Source: Patescibacteria group bacterium (GTDB taxonomy: Bacteria > Patescibacteriota > Minisyncoccia > Phycocordibacterales > UBA9973). Taken from it: a stretch of DNA of 48,203 bases. Location of the stretch: NCBI GenBank assembly GCA_040389365.1, contig JAZKAB010000007.1, positions 14,084-62,286 of the forward strand, in the 5' to 3' direction. Numbering within the stretch: position 1 is the first letter of the stretch; each line of letters begins with the position of its first letter. A program made the translations under genes and the position numbers. Below are positions 10,145-17,476 of this stretch, one piece after another. Under the pieces are notes generated by a model, which was given only the letters and a program-made list of their open reading frames with translations, was not told the origin of the DNA and ran no database searches.

Positions 10145-10582
10145 TACAAGCTTATTTCTCAAAAAACAGCATTTAGCAGCAGTCAATATGCCGGCAGCGA
10201 CAGCGCACTGAGCGCAGGAGTAGTCTCTCCTACAGCAGGACCTGTAAACTTAGCGAGCGGTACTGCCTCAGTCGGATCAGTCTCTTTTAACGAATCAAAT
10301 TATCTGCAGAACACAAAATACTATATACGCGCCATAGAGATTCCTGCAGATATAACGATTAAGCCATTTTATATTAGCGACACTGTTACAGTAACAACGG
10401 CGGAGGATACTATTGCCCTTGTTCCGCTAACAACCAAGAAGGATGGCGACAGTATTATTGTTTCTGGAAAAATTGATACGTCAAAACTTACCTCAACATT
10501 TATACCGGAGGACTATACGGTAACGCTTAGCGCATCAAAGACGCCTCCGAAGACTGGGACTAATGATCTTGCGACAGTAGAT

Positions 10583-11719
10583 GTGGGACCGTTACCAAGC
10601 GCGAAGACGGAAAAAGGAGATGTTCCCGGCATTAATGCAGATGGCACATACTACTGGAAACTCTCAAGCCTTTCTCCAAGTACTGTGTACTATTATCAGC
10701 AATCAGCTACGGTAAAAGGCAACAAGGTGCCAGTGAAGGGGAGCGTTGCAAACTTTAACAGCAATGTCGGAACAACAATCGTACCGGGCAGTGCGGAAGA
10801 AAAGGCAGACTTGAACAAGCGAAGCTATACGCTGCTTTCTGGCTTTCCAAACTTTAGCGTCTTGCCTGACCCTGACTTGTGCGCGCAGCAGCGCGCAGCA
10901 GGGGAGAATCCGCGGTTCTGCGACATGAATGACGTTATCAACTACTTTATGAAGCTGCTTATCGGCCTCTGTGCCGTATCGCTTGTGTTCAGAATCATGT
11001 ATGAAGGATTCGTATACATGACGAGCGACATGCCATTCAAAGTTGCGAGCGCCAAGTCATCTCTGTATGCAGCCATACTGGGTCTGCTGTTGGCACTTAC
11101 CTCATATATTATTTTAAATACCATTAATCCAAAGCTTGTTGATGGAACAGTGAGCGTAGATCAGTTGGGCATCGGCGTTGAAATTGTAGGGGATGGAAGT
11201 ACATCATTTAACCTTGGTACAAAGACAAAAGGGCTTCCAACCCCAGTATACTGTCCCGGATCAGGAGGAAGAGCACAGTTATCAAAGATTGCCATGAGCT
11301 TTCAAAACAACGTTGTATACAATCAAACGCTAAGAAATAGCCTGCAGCCAAATGGAAAAGTTGCGCTAGACTGCTCATCATATGTTGCACAGGTATTAAA
11401 TTGCGCCGGATATACTATACCTGGCGTATCTACCAGCAATACAAATACTGCGTCTATATTTGGAGGTTCAGGTGCTGAGAAAATAAGCACTATCTCTTCT
11501 GCTAATGGCGTTGTTACCGTGAATAACAAGGTGCTGCAAGTAGGTGACCTATTGGGGTGGACAGGATCAAAAGGGCATGTGGTTATGTATATTGGAGGAG
11601 GTCAAATAATTGAAGTACATGGCCCAAAAGGCTCAATTACTAATGCGAAAGTCTGGCCAAGTATAGACTGGTACCAAAAGAATTATGGATTTAAGTCTGT
11701 GTATCGAATTCCAAATTAA
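10583..11719 (+). CDS. T4SS-pilin-like two-helix domain fused to an NlpC/P60-type cell-wall hydrolase; the true 5' end is unresolved
   Basis: Pilin-like segment: YTLLSGFP...LLIGLCAVSLVFRIMYEGFVYMTSDMPFKVASAKSSLYAAILGLLLALTSYIILNTINPKLV. Hydrolase motifs: LDCSSYV (Cys), GHVVMYIG and EVHG (His). The frame is open back to 10145, and the GTG at 10583 is only the first possible start. Confidence 0.65.
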   Translation: MGPLPSAKTEKGDVPGINADGTYYWKLSSLSPSTVYYYQQSATVKGNKVPVKGSVANFNSNVGTTIVPGSAEEKADLNKRSYTLLSGFPNFSVLPDPDLCAQQRAAGENPRFCDMNDVINYFMKLLIGLCAVSLVFRIMYEGFVYMTSDMPFKVASAKSSLYAAILGLLLALTSYIILNTINPKLVDGTVSVDQLGIGVEIVGDGSTSFNLGTKTKGLPTPVYCPGSGGRAQLSKIAMSFQNNVVYNQTLRNSLQPNGKVALDCSSYVAQVLNCAGYTIPGVSTSNTNTASIFGGSGAEKISTISSANGVVTVNNKVLQVGDLLGWTGSKGHVVMYIGGGQIIEVHGPKGSITNAKVWPSIDWYQKNYGFKSVYRIPN

Positions 11720-11748
11720 AACATAGTGTTTTATAGTACAATACATAC

Positions 11749-12990
11749 ATGCGACGCATTCTCATTATAATTTTCGTACTTATTCTCGTCGGAACAGGGG
11801 TATGGTATTTCTATATTCGCCCTATGCAAAATGGCGCAGCAACCGTACCTTCACTATTGCAGCCCTTCTTCCCAAGCGTGACAACAAACCCAAACGGGTC
11901 ATTTGGAGAAGAAGATACTTCTCTTAACGGCCCGACGCCGGTGGCGACAGCGGCTGTGCTTAAGCAATTAACTGCTCGTCCTATTGCAGGCTTTACAATC
12001 TTCAGCACCTCAAAAACTATTTCTATTCCTGCCGCAGATCCAAAAGAGAAGCCGACAATAACGACGGTTGTTGATCATTTCGTACGGTATGTGTCTCGCG
12101 CGAACGGCTATGTGTATGAGATAAAGAATGCTGAAATTCCATTGCAGATCAGCAATATTTTTATTCCAAACGTGTACGAGGCGTATTTTGCTGATAGCAA
12201 CAATACTGCACTATTGCGCTTTCTGCGCGCAAACAGCCAGACCATTGCTACATATAGCATTCCTATCCCTCCCTTAAACATTGATGGTACCCGCACGCAA
12301 AAATCGGGCGTGTATCTTCCTGACAATATTTCTGCCCTGGCAGTATCTGCAGACCAGAAGCAGGTTGCCCGCATTACCCATGACAAGAATGGCGCGATTG
12401 TAACAACGTCTAACAGTGCAGGCACCGGCAGCAGGGTAGTGGCGCGATCGCCATTCCAGCAATGGCTCGTGCAGTGGAATACGAAGAATATCTTTTTGCA
12501 AACCAAGGCAGCAGCGACAGCTGACGGTTTCCTATACAGCATAGATGCTGCTTCAGCGCGATTAAGGCGCGTAACGGGCATGATAAAAGGAATGACCGCA
12601 TCAGTCAGCCCTCTTGGCACATATGTATTGTATTCAGAAAGCACTGCTACAGGCTTCACTACGACGCTTTTTAATACTAAGACCAATGCAACGAATCAAA
12701 TCAACCTTTCGATACTGCCTGAAAAATGCACATGGCTTAAGAATGAAGACCTTATCTGCGCAGGAAACAGCAGCGTTGCAGACGCTGTATATCCAGACAA
12801 CTGGTATGCCGGCATTACGCACTTTTCTGACAAGCTCTATCATATCAATGCAGCAACAAATACCTACGAGCTTGTATATAACGGCGAAAGCCAGTCATTT
12901 GACATGACTGGCTTGATGGCTGATGAAGATCAGAAGCTTGTATTCTTTATTGATAAGACCACAGGGTTGCTGTGGTCTTACAAGTACTAG
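11749..12990 (+). CDS. N-terminally anchored extracytoplasmic hypothetical protein (last gene of the T4SS-like locus)
   Basis: TM helix ILIIIFVLILVGTGVWYFYI followed by about 380 aa of beta-rich sequence. TACAAT lies 6 nt upstream of the ATG. Confidence 0.6.
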   Translation: MRRILIIIFVLILVGTGVWYFYIRPMQNGAATVPSLLQPFFPSVTTNPNGSFGEEDTSLNGPTPVATAAVLKQLTARPIAGFTIFSTSKTISIPAADPKEKPTITTVVDHFVRYVSRANGYVYEIKNAEIPLQISNIFIPNVYEAYFADSNNTALLRFLRANSQTIATYSIPIPPLNIDGTRTQKSGVYLPDNISALAVSADQKQVARITHDKNGAIVTTSNSAGTGSRVVARSPFQQWLVQWNTKNIFLQTKAAATADGFLYSIDAASARLRRVTGMIKGMTASVSPLGTYVLYSESTATGFTTTLFNTKTNATNQINLSILPEKCTWLKNEDLICAGNSSVADAVYPDNWYAGITHFSDKLYHINAATNTYELVYNGESQSFDMTGLMADEDQKLVFFIDKTTGLLWSYKY

Positions 12991-13725
12991 CTATTTAACT
13001 ACAGTTGCAGTTACAACCTGTCTGTCGCGCACCGTTCGTCGAAGGTATAGCTCCTGTAGGATAGAGAAGAGGTTAGCAACAGTCCAATACAGTGCAACGG
13101 CTGAAGCCAATCGGCTTGCAATCACGATAATAATTATTGGAAGGATATACTTTGTTTGCAATGCCAATGACTTTGCAAACTGGGTCTGCAGGTTATTGTC
13201 TCCTGAACGGCCCGGGGCAGTAGGCTGAGGGGCGAGAAACGCTTGGATGCCCTGCGTTACGCCTGCAAGGATAGCGAGTACCAAATAAGGCTTAGTAATG
13301 TCTATAAAGCCCAAGAACATGCTCTTAAGATTGTCTGTGGTGAGGAAGCCATACAAGTGACCAGGCTGGCTAATGCCGTGAGAGAAAGAGAAATACAATG
13401 CAAAGAGAATAGGAAGCTGAATTATAAGATACAAGCAGCCCGAAAAAGGATTGATTTTCTCAGTCTTATACAGCTCGAATGTTAATTTCGCCTCTTCTTC
13501 CTTTGAAAGACCTTGGTCTTTGATCGCCTGCAGCTTAGGCTCCAAGGCTTTCATTTTATATTGGCCAACTATGCTTCTCTTGCTGAGAGGGAAGAGCGCT
13601 AGGCGAATGATGATTGTCACCAATACCACCGCCAATCCAACATCCTGACCAGTTATGTGCTGGGCGATAAAGATAAGCGCGTTATAAATTGGGTTATAAA
13701 TAAGTACATTCCAAAGGTAAATCAT
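12991..13725 (-). CDS. yidC: membrane protein insertase YidC (short form)
   Basis: VLVTIIIRLALFPLSKRS...KMKALEPKLQAIK and multiple TM helices. Sits in the conserved rpmH-rnpA-yidD-yidC arrangement. Confidence 0.9.
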   Translation of the reverse strand: MIYLWNVLIYNPIYNALIFIAQHITGQDVGLAVVLVTIIIRLALFPLSKRSIVGQYKMKALEPKLQAIKDQGLSKEEEAKLTFELYKTEKINPFSGCLYLIIQLPILFALYFSFSHGISQPGHLYGFLTTDNLKSMFLGFIDITKPYLVLAILAGVTQGIQAFLAPQPTAPGRSGDNNLQTQFAKSLALQTKYILPIIIIVIASRLASAVALYWTVANLFSILQELYLRRTVRDRQVVTATVVK

Positions 13726-13743
13726 GGGGATATTGTACCCTAT

Positions 13744-14007
13744 TTATGATAGATCGACACGCGGCTCGTTTCCGGAATGACAGCGGCGTATTCTATCGGT
13801 ACTTTTCCTTAAGGCCTCCCAAAAAGTGTATTTTCTAAAGCATTCTGCGGCATACTGGGAACAGGTGGGGTAGAAAATACAGTGATTTCTTGTATAAAAA
13901 GGAGAAATAAGGTTTTGATATATGAAAATAGCCCCAATTGCCAAAACGTTAGGAATTTTTAGTACTTTGTTCCAAAAGGCTGTAGAAATAGCGTGAAAGG
14001 TCTTCAT
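13744..14007 (-). CDS. yidD: membrane protein insertion efficiency factor YidD
   Basis: Motif ISPFYTRNHCIFYPTCSQYAAECFRK...RIRRCH. The start was chosen at MKTFHA; the track ORF extends to 14037. It overlaps the 3' end of rnpA. Confidence 0.8.
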   Translation of the reverse strand: MKTFHAISTAFWNKVLKIPNVLAIGAIFIYQNLISPFYTRNHCIFYPTCSQYAAECFRKYTFWEALRKSTDRIRRCHSGNEPRVDLS

Positions 14008-14281
14008 ATGACATATCATATGCCTGTTTTGAGACATATACTATACCCTGTATAGATTTTAAGCCCTTATATTGAGTGAAAAGAGAATAGAGCCGACGGC
14101 GCAACGTATTGCGCAATACGGCTTTTTTTTGATTTTTAGAGCCCGTAACTATCGTTAAGAGGGGAAAGTCACTCGGTATATACTTAAAAGTCCCTGCGCG
14201 GTTAAAAACAACCTTTATAGCAGGGCTTTTAAGGAAATCAGTAACCTGTTGACGGGTGAGCCGTTGTGTTGACGGCAGCAT
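13949..14281 (-). CDS. rnpA: ribonuclease P protein component
   Basis: Basic 110-aa protein (LRNTLRRRLYSLF) lying between rpmH and yidD. Confidence 0.85.
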   Translation of the reverse strand: MLPSTQRLTRQQVTDFLKSPAIKVVFNRAGTFKYIPSDFPLLTIVTGSKNQKKAVLRNTLRRRLYSLFTQYKGLKSIQGIVYVSKQAYDMSYEDLSRYFYSLLEQSTKNS

Positions 14282-14284
14282 ACA

Positions 14285-14422
14285 CTAGACAGTTGTAAGG
14301 TTTGCGCGACCCTTGCGGCGTCGGGCTAGCAACACTTTTCGGCCAGTAGCACTTGCACTGCGGACTAGAAATCCGTGTGTAGTTGCTCGCTTTCGCTTTT
14401 TTGGTTGATATGTTTGAGACAT
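14285..14422 (-). CDS. rpmH: 50S ribosomal protein L34
   Basis: Manual translation of the minus strand gives [45 protein letters not shown]. It is below the ORF-track length cutoff. Confidence 0.9.
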   Translation of the reverse strand: MSQTYQPKKRKRATTHGFLVRSASATGRKVLLARRRKGRANLTTV

Positions 14423-14490
14423 AGAGTAGGCGTACTATACACAAATAGTTTATATTAATCAAGTATTCTTTTTTATATCCCTTTTCTGAT

Positions 14491-14551
14491 ATAATCCCCC
14501 TAATCCACAGCTTTTCCACCCTGATGTACACATGTTTAATTGTGTGGAAAA
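14491..14551. promoter_or_regulatory. DnaA-box cluster upstream of dnaA
   Basis: TAATCCACA at 14501-14509, TTTTCCACC at 14512-14520, and TGTGGAAAA at 14543-14551 (reverse complement TTTTCCACA). The flank upstream is AT-rich. Confidence 0.6.
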
Positions 14552-14567
14552 CCTGTATGATAAAGCA

Positions 14568-15935
14568 ATGGAAAGCAACCTCTCTCAACTTTGGAATACT
14601 TGCCTAAGCGTGATCGAATCACAGCTTAGTAAGGCTACTTTCAGCACATGGTTTAAGAATACAGGCATTGCCAGAGAAGAGGAGGGTATCATTTACATCA
14701 GCGTTCCCAATGAATTCGTTAGGGAGTGGCTCATGACCAAGTTTCACAAGATCATTCTCAAGAGCATTGTCGACAATGCTCCTCATGTTCGCGCTATCGA
14801 GTTCGTTATTAGCAGCCTGCCGCAAACTCCAGCCGCTCCTGCGCCTGCCCAGTCTCTCTTTACACAGCCCACAGACCAGCCTTCAAGCAATAGCAATTCT
14901 CTAAACATACTTATCAACCGAGATGATAATCTCAACCCCCGCTATACGTTCGAAAACTTCGTTGTAGGGCCTTTTAATGAGCTTGCCTATGCAGCTGCCC
15001 AGGCAATAGTAAAACGCCCCCAGCACGCGTATAACCCTTTATTCATCTATGGCAACAGCGGGCTAGGGAAGACACACCTTATCCAGGCAATCGGCAATGA
15101 GATAAAGCGCACCTCTCCTGAAAAGAGGGTGCTGTATACAAGTCTTGAAAAATTCATGAATGAATATGTGTCTTCTGTGCAAAACAATCGCCAGCAGGCA
15201 TTTCAAGACAAGTACAGAAAGTTCGATGTATTGATCATGGATGATATTCAGTTTATTTCTGGCAAAGAGGGCACGCAGCATGCGCTATTCCATATTTTCA
15301 ATACGCTGCATGACTTAAACAAGAACATTATCTTTTCTTCTGATAAGCACCCTAATCATATTATTGGCCTTGAAGACCGTCTCAAGACCCGCTTCAATGC
15401 CGGCATGACTATCGACGTGCAGGAACCAGACCTTGAGTCTCGACTGGCAATTATCAAGGAAAAGACTGCTGTTATTGAATTTCCTATAGAGCCTGAAGTT
15501 ATTTCCTATATCGCTACAGCGGTAACCGGCAGCATTCGAGAGCTTGAGGGCGTATTAAACCTTATTGCAATGCACTCTGGTGTGCGCCAGAAGGCTATTA
15601 GCTTGGCTGAGATAAAATTGCTTATAAAGAATAGCATTCGGCCAAAGCGCGTTATTTCAATTGATTCTGTCGTTAAGATGGTTTCTGACTACTACAACCT
15701 CGACGAGCAGGTTATATATGAAAAGACTCGGCGCAAAGAGATCGTACGAGCACGCCAGATCATCATGTTCGTATTGCGAGAAGACTTTAACGAGTCATAT
15801 CCCTCTATCGGCGCAAAGCTCGGAGGGAAAGACCACACGACAGTCATTCACTCCTACGAGAAGATCAAGGGAGAGCTCACTACCGACCCACACCTGATGA
15901 AGGAGCTTGAAGATATCCGCATTCTGTTTAAATAA
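14568..15935 (+). CDS. dnaA: chromosomal replication initiator DnaA
   Basis: AAA+ Walker A GNSGLGKTHL, Walker B VLIMDDIQF, and C-terminal DNA-binding region GGKDHTTVIHSYEKI. The start was set at ATG 14568 (TATGAT lies 6 nt upstream); the track start is 14532. Confidence 0.95.
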   Translation: MESNLSQLWNTCLSVIESQLSKATFSTWFKNTGIAREEEGIIYISVPNEFVREWLMTKFHKIILKSIVDNAPHVRAIEFVISSLPQTPAAPAPAQSLFTQPTDQPSSNSNSLNILINRDDNLNPRYTFENFVVGPFNELAYAAAQAIVKRPQHAYNPLFIYGNSGLGKTHLIQAIGNEIKRTSPEKRVLYTSLEKFMNEYVSSVQNNRQQAFQDKYRKFDVLIMDDIQFISGKEGTQHALFHIFNTLHDLNKNIIFSSDKHPNHIIGLEDRLKTRFNAGMTIDVQEPDLESRLAIIKEKTAVIEFPIEPEVISYIATAVTGSIRELEGVLNLIAMHSGVRQKAISLAEIKLLIKNSIRPKRVISIDSVVKMVSDYYNLDEQVIYEKTRRKEIVRARQIIMFVLREDFNESYPSIGAKLGGKDHTTVIHSYEKIKGELTTDPHLMKELEDIRILFK

Positions 15936-16122
15936 TTGTGGAAAACTAAAGGATAGCGTTATGAAAACTTTTAATAAAAAACTGAATAGTAAAAAAGCTG
16001 CATCTTCGGGAAACATAATCCACAGACGCCTTTCAAAAAATAAATTACTTCTAAAGGATTTATCAGACTTATCCACAATCCACACCCTATATAGGACGTA
16101 TTAAGAAAAAATAAAAATAATT
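15936..16122. other. oriC candidate (dnaA-dnaN spacer) with DnaA boxes and an AT-rich stretch
   Basis: TGTGGAAAA at 15937-15945, TAATCCACA at 16016-16024, perfect TTATCCACA at 16069-16077, and CAATCCACA at 16076-16084. AT-rich run at 16100-16122. Confidence 0.7.
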
Positions 16123-17220
16123 ATGAATATTACATGCACAACAGAAAAGTTGAAAAACGCCGTTAGTCTCGCTGAGAGAATGACAGGGAAAGCGCTGACG
16201 TTGCCAACCCTGCATGCGCTGCTCTTAACTGCTTCCGGGAACAGTATCAAGATTCGGGCGACAAACCTGGCGCTGGGCATTGAGATTGAGATTCCTGCAA
16301 AGATTGAAGAAGAGGGTACCGTGCTGGTGAAGGGAGAAGTGCTTGCCAGCGTCTGCAACCACCTTAGCGATGCGAGCGAGGTTCGCCTGACGCTTGATCA
16401 TGACAATCTTACTATTCAAACGCCGCAACATACAACAGTTATCAAATGCCTGCCTGCTGACGAATTCCCCACGCTTCCAGTTGTAGAAGGAGAGCAGATC
16501 GAGCTTAAGACCGCTGTATTGCAAGAAGGCATTCGTTCAGTCTATTTCTGTGCCGCGACTACCGATATCAAGCCTGAGATTGCAAGTATTTTCATATATA
16601 GCGAGGAAAACAACCTGTGCTTTGTAGCAACTGACTCGTTCCGTTTGGCGGAAAAGAAAATAACCGTTAAGGGCGTACCGGAGATTTCTAAGATTCTTAT
16701 CCCTTTCAAAAACATTGCCGACATTCTTCGCGTGCTTGATGTTGCGCCTGATACTATCCGTGTCATGTACAGTCGCAATCAAATCGCCTTTTTTGCCAAC
16801 GGCCTCTATCTGACCTCCCGTCTTATCGATGGCGGATTTCCTCCATACCAGCTTATTATCCCGAAGGAAACACTGACTAAGGTTGTCGTATTAAAGCAGG
16901 AACTGCTCAATACGCTTCGGCTCTCAACAATCTTTGCTGACAAGTTCTTCCAAGTTGGGTTTTCAATTCCTGAAGACAAGAAGGCTATCACTATCAGCTC
17001 AAAAAACAGCGATGTCGGCTCGTCTGTTTCAACTGTTGCTTCAGCAATTGAAGGCGCCCCTATTGCCGTTGAATTTAACCTCAAGTATTTCCTCGATGTC
17101 TTTCAGGCATTAAGCGGGGATAGCGTTGCTATATCATTCACGCAGCCTAATAAGCCTATTGTCGTACAGAGCGTAAGCGATACGTCGTTCCTGTATCTTC
17201 TGATGCCAACTAACCGCTAA
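16123..17220 (+). CDS. dnaN: DNA polymerase III beta sliding clamp
   Basis: 365 aa directly after dnaA. Typical clamp N-terminus (KLKNAVSLAERMTGK...LP.L...LL) and C-terminal LLMP motif. Confidence 0.95.
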   Translation: MNITCTTEKLKNAVSLAERMTGKALTLPTLHALLLTASGNSIKIRATNLALGIEIEIPAKIEEEGTVLVKGEVLASVCNHLSDASEVRLTLDHDNLTIQTPQHTTVIKCLPADEFPTLPVVEGEQIELKTAVLQEGIRSVYFCAATTDIKPEIASIFIYSEENNLCFVATDSFRLAEKKITVKGVPEISKILIPFKNIADILRVLDVAPDTIRVMYSRNQIAFFANGLYLTSRLIDGGFPPYQLIIPKETLTKVVVLKQELLNTLRLSTIFADKFFQVGFSIPEDKKAITISSKNSDVGSSVSTVASAIEGAPIAVEFNLKYFLDVFQALSGDSVAISFTQPNKPIVVQSVSDTSFLYLLMPTNR

Positions 17221-17224
17221 TATC

Positions 17225-17476
17225 ATGTCGCTTTTCCATACTATTCTTTCGCAGCTTCAGGAAAAGATTGCCAAGGAAACGACTGCGACTGAAACTGTTG
17301 CCGGAATTGTCAGCACAGTGCTTGGCACCACTATCGCCCCTAGTCAGATAACTATCAGCAAGACAACGCTTCGACTGAAGGTTGCTCCAACGGTGAAGAT
17401 GGTATTAACGCTGCGCAAACAAAAACTCCTTGCATCGCTGCAAGAAGCTGGTGTCGCTATTACCGAGATCCAATAG
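17225..17476 (+). CDS. small hypothetical protein after dnaN (possibly DUF721/DciA-like)
   Basis: 83-aa ORF 4 nt after dnaN. The family assignment rests only on position and size. Confidence 0.45.
   Translation: MSLFHTILSQLQEKIAKETTATETVAGIVSTVLGTTIAPSQITISKTTLRLKVAPTVKMVLTLRKQKLLASLQEAGVAITEIQ

Noticed and set aside
1-12990. The T4SS-like locus as a classical ICE, plasmid or prophage insertion.
   Set aside because: No integrase, relaxase, coupling protein, replication or partition genes, or flanking repeats are visible in the window. However, the left boundary lies outside the window, so this is not excluded.
14238-14588. 116-aa minus-strand ORF covering the rpmH region.
   Set aside because: It is in the wrong frame. 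The true gene there is the 45-aa L34 (14285-14422), and this ORF would run through the DnaA-box and promoter region.
15907-16104. 65-aa plus-strand ORF, and the 15795-16085 minus-strand ORF, within the dnaA-dnaN spacer.
   Set aside because: The region is AT-rich and packed with DnaA boxes, so it is better explained as oriC.
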